A DNA stretch of 59,175 bases, filler included, from Sphacelaria rigidula (taxonomy: Eukaryota), in the NCBI GenBank assembly GCA_964200075.2. It is 8 parts of 8 records of this genome, joined end to end, with 100 filler letters (N's around TTAATTAATTAA, not from the genome) between each part and the next. Parts side by side here need not be neighbours in the genome. Positions count along the whole stretch, not along the records: positions 1 to 7,311 come from CAXNAA020015503.1; positions 7,412 to 14,721 come from CAXNAA020015504.1; 6 more parts are not named here. One strand, 5' to 3'. This document shows positions 1 through 10,544 of this stretch, piece after piece; positions within the stretch are counted from its first letter, which is position 1; each line of letters starts with the position of its first letter. The notes below the pieces were generated by a model, which saw nothing but the letters and a program-made list of their open reading frames with translations, was not told where the DNA came from and searched no databases. The position numbers were made by a program, and so were the translations under genes.

Positions 1-514
1 TTATACACTGCCTCATGAGTGCCTGACCATCCGGACACCCGGGGGGGGGGGGGGGGGGGGGGCGTACTCATTTGCTACTTGCCTTATCCGTTTGACCATT
101 GACCGACGTCCGGGGGGGAAAATACGAGAATGCGCGCTTTGCGCATAATCAATTATCTCAGTGTGACCTGTTCTAAGGTATATGTATATATATATATATA
201 CACACACACATACACACAATATGCGTGGGCGTAAACACGAGCGAGCTCCGGGCCCAACAGTAAGAACCACCGCAGGCGCTGGACGTCCAACAATTCGATA
301 CACAGCGAGCCTGACGCGCTACGTTGCCATGGCGCCTATGGATACCAATGTAGCTCGTGTCAGACGTCAACCAATATGAATATCGTTAATGATTCTGCTG
401 GACTTCCAAGCATGTATTCAGACACTGAGGACAGCACGGCACACCCTCCTCTTGTACTCGACATGCAGCATTCGACAACAAGACGAGATGCAGCTTAAAA
501 ACAACTGCTCTCAC

Positions 515-628
515 CTTGCCTCGCGCGACCGCCAGCATCATCGCCCCCGTACGCCGTTGAGGCGCCTGCGTCGTGGAGTGGCCATCTCGGTTCTCGGCGA
601 CGCGCTCCCTACTCTCCTTGATGGACGC
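515..628 (-). CDS. FANCJ: FANCJ/BRIP1-like helicase, internal exon (third visible)
   Basis: Acceptor aaacag, donor gtgaga; 114 nt encoding ASIKESRERVAENRDGHSTTQAPQRRTGAMMLAVARGK. The junction YY|ASIK and GA..LAVxRGK (start of motif V, RGKVSEG) are in phase. The gene continues beyond the scaffold end. Confidence 0.87.
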
Positions 629-1077
629 CTGTTTCGCCGACGGAAGGGTCACGATTCGGTCCGTCAAAACCCCGAGATTAAGAAAAGAGACAGCATGGCT
701 GTCAACCGCAGCCACGGGATGCGGGTGACACGTGTCATCTCAGGGGTCACGACAGCCGCGTGTGCGTTCATGCCAGGGGAAGGCACGTACCCACCCGTTA
801 TGAAGTCACGAACGAAGGGCCGTGCAGAAGGATCTACGAAGATGACATCGTGCCCACGGATGACGTCACCCGTCGATCGAGGGTTTTCAGCCAGTCAGAA
901 AACCACGAGCACATTCACCCTCTATTTGTTTGCTACGGGTTATTTCTTTCTGGAGGTCATTTCAATTGTACCCTCAGAACAACACACGCACACTCCGTCC
1001 TAGGGCGGCGGGACAATCTGTGAGTCCTATTGGCATACGAGTAGTGCAATGTTCTTGCACAACAACAAAAAACGGTA

Positions 1078-1683
1078 CGAGCTGGGCCAGCTGACACTGA
1101 TTTTTGAACGAAGAGTGGAGATGCCATTGGTAATTCGAAGCGTTAGGCGCTGAAATTTCGACACGACAATTTTGTCATCAACCCGCGCAACCAAATTGGG
1201 GGCGCAGAGGGGAAAAAAAAGCCCAGGGAGTTAGAGCGAGTTGAAGGTTCAGCAAATACAGGGAAAAATGCTTTAACTTCCTCAAAAATTGATAAAAACG
1301 ACGACAACGCCCCAATACATACGGGCACTCGCGTCAAACTACATCCTGCTAAAGTTTCGGCCAAAAATACCTCAAATTGGGCTTTGCGTCGCACGTTTCG
1401 TGTGACACGGCTGCGTCTGTTTAATTCAAGTAATACAGGAGACTCAAATTATGGAGGTCATGAGTTCGAATCCCGACAGATTCTCTTTTTTTTTTCGTCC
1501 GTCCTTAAGGTCATATATTATGCAGTACATTTTTTTCATTATTTTTCTTCATTCAGCGGTGGTGCCGTGTGCTACCACGTTGGTCTGCACTTCACAGCGA
1601 TATGCTCAAGTTGCGCTGATTTGGAAAAATTTAAAAGTTGTGGTGTGGAAAGCGAATGCGGGATTTACTGCTGGCCCGGCTCG
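1078..1683 (+). mobile_element. MITE, CGAGCTGGGCCAGC-TIR family (Tc1/mariner-like TA target), inside a FANCJ intron
   Basis: TA|CGAGCTGGGCCAGC at 1076-1091 and GCTGGCCCGGCTCG|TG at 1670-1685. The interior (about 1390-1610) is homologous to about 40820-41010 on the minus strand. Confidence 0.7.
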
Positions 1684-2279
1684 TGGATCTTTGGCGTCCG
1701 TTCATCACCCTAGCATGCGCTCTTTCTTATATTTGCTCATCAAAGAGTGAAGAAATGTCAATAGAAGATAACAAGAAAACGGCGGGGTAAATTTTGCAGT
1801 ATACACTCAACACAAAAGACATGAGCAGTGACATACGTACCGTACAACACGGTGTATAGAATCCCAGGGTGATGCGCGCGGGGGGGCGGGGGGCGGGGGG
1901 GGGGGGGGGGGCATCATGTTACGCACCTCGGTAGATCTTTGGGGGGGGGGCGATAGAGTCTGCTCCGGGAGGAAGGCTATTACAGCGTCGACTTGTAGAG
2001 ATAGGCGATCGACGGGGCGGTGGTTGGCGGCGGGATAGCGATGAAAAACGCGGAGTAAATCCGCCAATGGTCGCCAAATCCCGTGACGGCCGCAGGCGCG
2101 CGGCTACGGCCGACGATGAATTTCCAGCCGCCGCGACAGCGGGGTTCATTTATCGAATGTCGCACATTGCCTGATCCGCCGCAACTCCAATGGTCACAGC
2201 ATAGGTCTACGTACCTACGGAGAATGAAACGGAAACACGCCGCTATGAAAAAAACTCGAGAAAGGGGAAACACGAGAAG

Positions 2280-2405
2280 AGAGAAAAAAAAGAGTAAATG
2301 GAAAACAAGGAAAGAAAAGAAAAAGGAAAAAGGAAAAAGGAAAAAAGAAAAAGGAAAAAGGAAAAAGGAAAAAAGAAAAAGGAAAAAGGAAAAAAAAGGA
2401 AAGGA
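2280..2405 (+). repeat. Purine-rich low-complexity tract, (GGAAAAA)n-like
   Basis: Seen directly; it generates the spurious Lys/Glu- and Phe-rich ORFs. Confidence 0.9.
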
Positions 2406-2969
2406 ACGCGTGGTACACTACGTGTACGATATAATGTATTTCTCAAAACTTTCAGGGGCCTACCTGTCAAAAATCGAGTCATTGACCGCCGGAGATGATT
2501 CAAGGTGTCGAGTGGTGCAACCCGCCGATACGACCTTCGAGTGATGAGGTTCGGGGCCTCAAAAATTGGAACGTTTGTCACCCGGGGGTATCTTCAATAT
2601 TCAAGGGCGCGCGTACACTCGTACGGGGGGGAGGGGAGGGGGGATATGTCACGTACCCCGATAGAGTACGTACTGGAGGTACTTTTATTGATTGAATGAT
2701 TGATTGTCGCACATGAAGCGATCCCCGAGGGACTCAACCGCGGTCATTGTCCACAGCATAGACGTGCCCAACGTAACCTAAAACTGAAAAGCTCGCCAAA
2801 CAAGAAGAAGCGTGTGTATGGGGGGGGGGGGGGGGGGGGGGGGAAAAAGAAGCTAGAAAAAACAAAGGAGGGAACTGAAAAAAAAAAAAACAAACAGAAC
2901 CGGAAAAAAAAGGAAAGGGGAAGNNNNNNNNNNCACAAGAGGAGGGGAACGAACGAGGGAGGGGCGGGA

Positions 2970-3032
<63 letters not shown>

Positions 3033-3254
3033 AAGAAGCTTGAACAAACAAAGGAGTGAACTGAGAAAAAAATATACAAACAGAACCGGACAAGAAAGGA
3101 ACGGGGAAGGACTAGAGAAAAAAAGGAAGAAAAAAGAAAAAACGCAATAAACGTAAAAATGGCCGGCCTCTGAAGCAGCACGGCTCATTGTGCAGAAATT
3201 CCCCGAAAATCGTGACCCGGAGGTATTTTTCAGGGGAACGAGTGGTATACACAC

Positions 3255-3350
3255 ATAGTATTGGGATAGCACCCTGTCGATCTTGCCCTGTCCGCGCGGC
3301 TCCACGTACACGGCCTTGACCGTCTCAAGAGCCTTCAGTAATCCAATGGC
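3255..3350 (-). CDS. FANCJ: FANCJ/BRIP1-like helicase, internal exon (second visible)
   Basis: Acceptor ctgtag, donor gtgtgt; 96 nt encoding AIGLLKALETVKAVYVEPRGQGKIDRVLSQYY. Joined to the previous exon it reads RWTAIGLLKALETVKAVYVEPRG, resembling the FANCJ segment RW..TGL...L..VK.V.VEP.G as I recall it. An RTEL1 paralogue is not fully excluded. Confidence 0.87.
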
Positions 3351-3399
3351 CTACAGGGGATCACGAGATGGGCAGAGTACAAGAGCAAGGAAGAGGGGG

Positions 3400-3785
3400 G
3401 GGAGGGTGTGTGTGTTCATGACCTTGCATGCCGTAGTCATAAGACTCTAGACCTCGCATCCCTACAAAGCCGGGAGAGAGGGGGAGGGGGGGGGTGGATG
3501 AAGGAGGTTCAAGACCTTGCTCGGAGGTATTATTTCTGCCCTTCAGTTAAGCCAGATTTACTCACATGTGGATCAACTGCGCCATTTGGTACAGCGATAA
3601 TTCTGTTCTATTTTTGCTGCTCCTGACCACGGGCTGGATTGTTGCAATCAGCTAATGTGAGATAATCAATCAATCAGTCAATGATACCTTCGGGGAGGCG
3701 GTAGTGGAGAGGGGGGTGTACTTATGATCTTGCATGCCGTATTCATATGACCATTGGCCTCGTATCCCTACAAAGCCGGGACGGG
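3400..3785 (-). repeat. Two copies (about 3400-3475 and 3708-3785) of an unclassified dispersed repeat with core TCCCGGCTTTGTAGGGATGCGAGGTC...CATGATCATG.GTACACCC
   Basis: Further copies on the plus strand at 22231-22290, 27138-27262 and 51867-51910; two scaffolds start inside this repeat. Confidence 0.75.
3626..3682 (+). mobile_element. 3' end of a non-LTR retroposon (LINE/SINE) with a (TCAA)n tail
   Basis: ACCACGGGCTGGA...TCAGCTAATGTGAGATAATCAATCAATCAGTCAAT; related ends at 7845-7905 and 11430-11488. The retroposon call is inferred from the short tandem-repeat tail. Confidence 0.6.
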
Positions 3786-4676
3786 GCATGCGGGGTTTTC
3801 GTCGGATCAGGCGCGCAATCAATCACCAAGCGCGAAGCGCCGTGATGTGCTCGGTGAGTCGCGTGAAGGGTGAGCTGCATGCTACTAATATAAGATTGTT
3901 AGGCCCGACCCGAAGCGTACTAATTATCTTGCATGTGGGTGGCGGTCTCGAATGAGTCGCTTAATTTTCTGGTATCGCCACTTGCAGAAACAAGCAACGG
4001 GTTACACTGCCTCAGAGTGTCTAACTATTTCAACACTGTGTAGTACGATCATCCCCTTCGCGCGGAGTGAGGCCTCTCCACCCCGAACAAAATGATCTGA
4101 CTCGACCACCATCAATGTCACCGCAAAAAAACAAAATGATAAGGAGAACCCCCCCCCCCCCGGTAGCGTGGCTGCCTAGCTTACGCCGTGAGTGGCGTGC
4201 TTTACAGCGTCATTGCCAACCGACGCCAACCCTCAAAGGGGGGTTCGAGGAGGGGCGGGGATTAGAAGGTGTACCCTTTCTAGCCTAGAGCTTTCCCTTT
4301 GTTCCGAAATTCCAGCGAGCGATGCTCAGAGGCGGGGAGCACAGACAAGCTTACTGCTCGTATTTCTTACAACCGGACACATTAAACTCTCCAGCAGGGG
4401 CACGTGGGCGCGCGTACACACGCACACGCGGACACACGCACACACAGACACACTGCGCCGTCATGACAACTAGGGCGGCCGAAGGCCCGGTCGGAAACGC
4501 ATAGCCTTGGACGCCCCCAACGTACGCACGGGCGGGGAAGCAGAAGTGCGGACCGTCTAGAGTTTTAGCCGCCGTCCTGCACGGATCGAACGATACATCT
4601 TTCATTCGAAATACCACCCGTTCCCAGAGCAGCACGCACGACAGCAACTACTCCACCATTTTCGGAGTGTTCGCAC

Positions 4677-4815
4677 CGTCCAGCGATCGTGCATCTTCTC
4701 CATCAAACCATAGCTCGGGAAGAACGTCAGAATGCCGCCGGGAACGATGCGGGCGTACTGCAAGAGGGCGTTGCCCAGCGAATCCTGATACTTGAGATCG
4801 TGCTGATTCGAATAG
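4677..4815 (-). CDS. FANCJ: FANCJ/BRIP1-like Fe-S DNA helicase, internal exon (first of three visible)
   Basis: Acceptor cgcag, donor gtgcga. Encodes (S)YSNQHDLKYQDSLGNALLQYARIVPGGILTFFPSYGLMEKMHDRWT; GILxFFPSY is the XPD/Rad3-family motif IV region. Splices in phase 0 to the exon at 3255-3350. Confidence 0.88.
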
Positions 4816-6602
4816 CTGCGTGTTCCAATAGCAAAAAGCGAATACAAACAGCGGTGGTGTGTTAAGTGCAGCGGGGGCATGAAGGACTATGACTTCATTT
4901 TTCAAAATGAAAGAACACCTGCACCGATTCTTGCAAAACAGCTGAATGTTTTCTGCCCATGGCTTTCACTCGAGATTCATGGCTTGCATAGCATTAGACA
5001 TGTCCAGTGCTATTTTTTCCCCTCAGATGCGCTGAACAGGACCCCTTTCAATGGATATATCGCCTGTTTACACTCCAACGATAATTTCGAGATGCTATTA
5101 TAGATCAAAGGCGCAGAAGACAAAATAAAAAAGCAATCCTCAACGTATTGACAACCATGAACGTGTATCTTTTTCATGTGTTCTGTTGTATAACACCGGT
5201 TAGACGATATTTTAGATAACTGTGTAATTATGATTCTGTGCTCTCAAGCCGCGATCAAATGGCATTATCTCCGGTCTTTGAAAATAGAAAATAGGATGGG
5301 AAAAGCGATGGCACATAGCAGCACCATCATATTCCTTAGAGCAAACAAAAAACGTCCGGATCGGAGGTGAACGATCTGTGGTCTCTCGTATCGGAACAAA
5401 AACGGAATGTAACAGCGCGGCGCAATCTCTTCAAAACCAGCTTGCGACCAGTTTTCTCAATTGGTTATCCTCCAGCTTTTGTGTGAAATTTTATTTAAGC
5501 TCACAAGCAGAGGCGCTGCCACTTGCGCCATCACTTGCACAACACACTCCAACCGTCAATATCCATACATCAGACCGATAGGTAGATGCTGTCAAGGGGT
5601 CGGGTGCCGCACACGACGGTTTCATCGGCGTTTGAAAATGCATAGCGATATCCGCTTTTGCTATGCAGAACCCCAAGTCATACTCCATTCTCATGAAATT
5701 CGTACGTATGGGTTGTGTGGAGACGTCTCCGGACGGCTGCTTTCCAGCGAAATGCACGCTGATACGAGCCGTTTGCACCTGCGTACTCGACAGAGCCTGT
5801 ACAGATAAAAATACGAGTGTACCGCTCAATCACGGACTTCGGAACGTCGGTGTAGCATCCGGATAAAGAGCCTAGTCTGCAAGTTCGAGCATATTCGTCC
5901 AAGGCCTGACCAAGTTGGGCGGCCGTGTGTGTGTGTCTCGACGGGTGACAATTATGTTTTTTTTTTAATACTTTAAACTCTCTCCCCTTCCTCGGGAAGC
6001 GTCCACAGTCTCAAGGCATTAACTTCATGTATATCCCTGCATGTGTACATGCCACATGCCTGGCGACAGTTCGGTACCGAAGATTGGATCATGACTATCA
6101 GTACTCTCGCACCGCGTCGACTTCCGTCGAAATTTCGCTGATACGCACGTCCCCACGTTTCTCGAACTCGGGAAATTAGACATTCCCTTATGGAAGAACA
6201 ACGTGTAGAATCGTATTTTATCAACAGTGGAAATCGAACCCCCCTACTCCGCCCCAATCGGTTCCGAGATGGGCAGTCACTGAGAGCACCGGGTCGCGTC
6301 GGCAATGCACCATGCTTCCGGAGGAAAAAAAAAAAAAACGTCAGAAAAGCCGAAAATCATTACAATTGACTAGTAATACTCATAATTTTTATACTCTGAA
6401 AAAACAAAAAGCGCCCACACCCTTCGTGGATTAGTTCATCCGCGTACTATCGGTGCTGAAAGGGTATGCCGGTAAGATCATTTCATGGAGATGCAGCTCA
6501 AATGATGGCGCGGTCGCTTAGCATGCGACAGGTATAGTAGTGCGATCAATGCTCACCATCTCCGCCTTTTTTCTCCGCCGCGCACCGTTGATGTGATTGT
6601 TG

Positions 6603-6781
6603 CACACCTTGAACAATGACAGTATATGGTCAATAGTTGCAATAGACAACAAAAATGTACCGCGTAAAGTATAGGCCTGCTGCAACTATCATCGGCCCAC
6701 AATAGTCGCAATAGGCCTATACTACACGGTACATTTTTCGTCTATTGCAACTATTGGTCATCATATACTGTGCAAGGTGTG
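6603..6781. mobile_element. Foldback MITE, hAT-like (8-bp TSD)
   Basis: Ends CACACCTTG / CAAGGTGTG; nearly fully self-complementary; flanks GATTGTTG / AATTGTTG (7 of 8 match). Homologous to 56859-57026. Confidence 0.8.
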
Positions 6782-6788
6782 AATTGTT

Positions 6789-6905
6789 GCCGCTACGGTG
6801 ATCAATTAGATCGCAAGAGAGTGGGGTTCGATTCCAGGCAGTGATGCAAGGCACGTTCCCGGGCAGGGACGGGTTCATCCTTGAGACCACACCACGTCTT
6901 CATCC
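6789..6905 (+). mobile_element. Probable tRNA-related SINE fragment (second family)
   Basis: B-box-like GGTTCGATTCC at 6825-6835 followed by ATGCAAGGC..GT.CCCGGG...GGGTT.ATCC.TTGAGACCAC; the same blocks occur in the same order at 27796-28030. Confidence 0.5.
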
Positions 6906-7311
6906 TGAAAAAGGGGATGAGTTGTTGAGGTTGAAGGTTTTGCGAAAAAACAAAAAAATAAATATACACATGGTGAATGGTTGAAGAGTATGACGAGGAG
7001 TAAAAAATGGCAACAAAAAAACTCTGTGTACGATACGAAGCCCATTTGGGAACTCCCCCCCCTCCCCCACATCATTGTAATCGGCGAATCAGCGCGCGTC
7101 TTCAAATTCATGTAGCACTACGATTCGAGAAGGTCCCATCAAACGAAATACCAAAACGGTGGTGAAGTGCGAAGCGTAGAGAGTTGAGGGTACCATATGC
7201 GGCGGAATCAACAAAAAAAAACGGCTGAAACTGGATTTGCGGTTACAGTCGGCTGTGCCGCGTGTTGCTGCCCAAGTAGCGCCCCCCCACACCCACGTGT
7301 CGGGCTAGGCG

Positions 7312-7411
7312 NNNNNNNNNNNNNNNNNNNNNNNNNNNNNNNNNNNNNNNNNNNNTTAATTAATTAANNNNNNNNNNNNNNNNNNNNNNNNNNNNNNNNN
7401 NNNNNNNNNNN
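7312..7411. other. Artificial scaffold linker (N44 + TTAATTAATTAA + N44); identical linkers at 14722-14821, 22131-22230, 29540-29639, 36949-37048, 44358-44457, 51767-51866
   Basis: Seen directly: seven identical 100-bp spacers containing a palindrome with stops in all six frames; the segments between them are 7309-7311 bp in non-increasing length order. Confidence 0.98.
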
Positions 7412-7499
7412 GTGGAAGGATGTCTGACACACTTATGAGCCTTTTTTTTCGTGCAATCAAATACCCCCCCCCTATCGTAGGATGACTATCGTCAGTACA

Positions 7500-7740
7500 A
7501 AGCTGCACGTTGTTCAAGTCCTTTTCAAGTCGCAGTGTAGGCAGAGAACAGATATAGTCCTGCGCTGTCTGTACTGTATTTTCCCCGCCTCCTTTCCATG
7601 CCCTGCTCACTGCGTGCTGCACTGCTTCCGAGCGCGCGCCCTGCGTGAACCCTGTAGTTATACTCCTGACGGTGTATAACACCCCCGTATATCAAAATGT
7701 AAGCTGCAGCATATATCCACATTGCATAGCCATATGTGGC
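7500..7740 (+). repeat. Unclassified dispersed repeat shared with 21876-22110
   Basis: GCTGCACGTTGTTCAAGTCCTT...GTCCTGCGCTGTCTGTACTGT...GACGGT.TATAACACCC...ATATCAAAA.TAAGCTGCAG occurs on both scaffolds. Confidence 0.75.
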
Positions 7741-7984
7741 GCACATGCCGCGCTCACTCTGCAGCATATAGCACCTGACGTATGAGCACGCGGTATCGCA
7801 CTGTCCTGCATGGTATTATACAGTTTACTGTTGTAATTATATAGACCACGACTGGACTCCTGCTGCGGGGTCAGGTGAACTGCGACAGTCAATCAATCAA
7901 TCAATTTATCATCCCCATCAGAGCACGTGCATATACATATATACCACGATCAACTTTGTTTTGCGTTTTTGCTAAAAGTCATTT

Positions 7985-10095
7985 GGTTTGTGTCATTGGT
8001 AGACACTGGACCACGGGGTTTTCAGAAGCTATGTGCATTTATCTGCGAGGTATATACCGTCAAACCAGCATCTTTACCACGCCTGCAGCGGAAGCGTCGC
8101 TTCGAAGCACAGGCGTGTGGACATACACTCGCAAGCAGTGTGTGGGATCTCTACGAGCTGGGCCAGCCGAGAAGCGATTCTGCAGTTTGCAGGCCCATCA
8201 TACGGCCAATACTTGGAGTTGGACCCTGAAATTTGGTATGGACAGTGAGTAGGACATAATAAAAACAATTACCGCACACACAAGGCTTTTTTTCTTTGTT
8301 TTTTAAGTGAGTTAGGGGCATTTTACCGATATCTGAAAACTGGTTAGTGCCCTCGACTAAAAAAAACTAAAAAAAACCGTTGTGTGCGCCAGTATTGTTT
8401 TTTATTATGCCCTACTCATTGTCCATACCAAATTTCAGGGTCCAACTCCAAGTATTGGACGTATACTGGGCCGTTTAGTGACAGGATCAGAAAAATTCGG
8501 AACATTATTTTGTAGGCCATTTACCGGCCCACGTTTGGTGTTTGTGTATCGAAACTTTGTGTGGGGCGTGGCTAGGGCATAATCAACAAAACAAAGTGGG
8601 TGAGGTCATTTTTTATTTTCTTCATTGGTTTAGGGCGTTTAAGTGTGGTAAAGACAATTTTTTCACGAAAACGCCTGAACCTCTCTGAAAAAAAAATGAA
8701 GGTCCATTCATTTTTTATTTTTTGCATACTTCTGTGGTCCTCCATGCTGAGTTTCAAATTATAATTCCAAATATTGAGCTACAAAATTGAGATAAGGCCC
8801 ACAAGCAGTGTTTATTTCTCCTCAAAACTGCTCCAAAACCCCGAAAAAAAATGAATTAAATAAACGTAAAAAAATGAAAAGCTGTGTTTATAAGCTTTAT
8901 TATGCACTAGCAGTTATCCATACGAAATTTTATAGCATAACTCTCAAAAACTGAGACGTGATATCCAGGTTTAGCTAACCTAGCGCATCTGCTCGTGATA
9001 TACTGATTTTAGTATAGCAACGTATGTGCGCCATATCTCAAGATATATTACAAATGAGGTGAAGGTGAGGGTATCTATCGTCTCCCCGTGTTCCAGGAAA
9101 TGTCCACACCAAAATTCGTCGTCATCCACTAAATGCATCGATCGGGGGCTTCATAGAGATCTTAGTATAAACGCTATCTCCCTTAGGTATAGGAATTACT
9201 AGACATGGGGTTTAATCGACGAGAAAATATGGGCCCACAATTTCGAACAGATTGGCACCTTTCCCTTGGTTAGACGATTAATACAATATGCGAATCATGG
9301 CCCAACTCGTCCGTGTCGGCGAGATATTGCTTTGAGAGTTTAAATCCGTGTCTAGGCTGGCTCAGCTCGTATTCAGCAAAAGCTGATGAGAATTCATCCT
9401 TTAGCCCAACTGGTACATGAACTGGGGGGCAAGAGGATGAATTGCTTTCAACAATTTTCCCTGCGTCTCGGATCCCATACGCTGATAACGGTGCAGTATG
9501 CGGCATCTACGCTGTTGATGCTGTTCGCAAGAAATATCTTTTTGCCCAATTTCCGGATGAAGTGGAGGGCAAAGTGAAGATTTATTCCTGGCTTTTTCTG
9601 CTGTTCAAATTTCAAATCTGCCGGTGTGCATGGGATTTGTGCAGCAGAAAATCTGTTCGAAATAGATATTTTTTTTTGCCCAATTTAATTGGTCGAAAAA
9701 AGGATCTGGTTTGAATAGGTTCTTCTGCTGTTCGAAATATATCTTGTTTTTGCCCCAAAAAATTGGGCGAAAAATGGATCGATTTTGAATAACGTCTCCT
9801 GCTGTCCAAGATATGTTCCTTTTCGCCCGATTTGAATCGGGCAAAAAAAGGATTTATCTCGGACAGCAGGAGAAGCGTTTGAAAAATAAATTACAGATTT
9901 TATACAAAACAACAATGGAATTTTCAAACTTGGGAAGACCTCTCCACAGGGTTGCTTGCAGGGTTTCGACAAAAACGCTATGCAAAATGCTGGTAGAGGT
10001 ACTAGGGTTTGCAAATGCAATTCAGGGCTTCTTACAAAAGACTGTGAAGAACGCTATGTAGCACGTCCTACAGGGTGCTATCTGTCCACGTGTGC
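7985..10095 (+). mobile_element. Unclassified ~1-kb dispersed repeat interrupted by the 8154-9369 MITE
   Basis: 7985-8153 plus 9370-10095 align colinearly with 20478-21435 on the minus strand (e.g. GTGTGGACATACAC, ACAGGGTGCTATCT.TCCACG.GTG). Ends approximate. Confidence 0.75.
8154..9369 (+). mobile_element. Non-autonomous TIR element (1216 bp), CGAGCTGGGCCAGCC TIR, TA target-site duplication
   Basis: TA|CGAGCTGGGCCAGCC at 8152 and GGCTGGCTCAGCTCG|TA ending at 9371; internal inverted repeat about 8206-8270 / 8394-8458; empty site with a single TA at 21277-21278; sister copy at 58601-59175. Confidence 0.9.
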
Positions 10096-10194
10096 ACGGG
10101 ATACGTCTCAATTGCGCTCCTTGCTTGGCGGTCTGAGCTACTACCAACAGTATTCGCCGAACCTAGCCCGAAATCCCGAACCCCTCACATTTTG

Positions 10195-10544
10195 TGTGCG
10201 TGTGTGTTGCCGTCCCATCTATTCTGGACACCGGTCTACATCTTTCGGTACATGTGGGCGCATCAGCCGGGGGCACACAGGAGGAGGGTCAATACAGGAG
10301 CTTTTTATTTGTTTTAGTACCCCATCTTCCTTCTTCGGTGCTTGTCTTCATTTTTTATCGCGAGAGGGATTCAGCAGTCCCTTTCTTTCGTCGAACGTTG
10401 AATCGAATTTTGTGTACTCACGACATAGTCGCTCTTCACTTTTGAGCATGGCGTGAGAAAAAAACCCAGATCGCTCAGAGGAAGTAACCCGCGACCCAAC
10501 CGTCAAAAGGTTTCGAGGTCACCAACTGCGCCACCGGGGCGACC
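10195..10544 (-). mobile_element. tRNA-derived SINE
   Basis: The minus strand starts GGTCGCCCCGGTGGCGCAGTTGG (A box), then a decayed B box; the body matches 53931-54357 and ends in a CA-rich tail. Confidence 0.82.

Noticed and set aside
389-1003. 204-aa plus-strand ORF (likewise the plus-strand ORFs at 15384-15944 and 47833-48441)
   Set aside because: Antisense shadows of minus-strand coding sequence.
2820-3110. Tandem duplication of poly-G plus ~80 bp
   Set aside because: The first copy is an A/G-degraded version ending at a 10-N gap (2924-2933); likely low-quality read sequence after poly-G, so an assembly artefact.
2083-3311. Lys-, Phe-, Gly- and Pro-rich ORFs
   Set aside because: Translations of low-complexity intronic tracts; only 3255-3350 is a supported exon.
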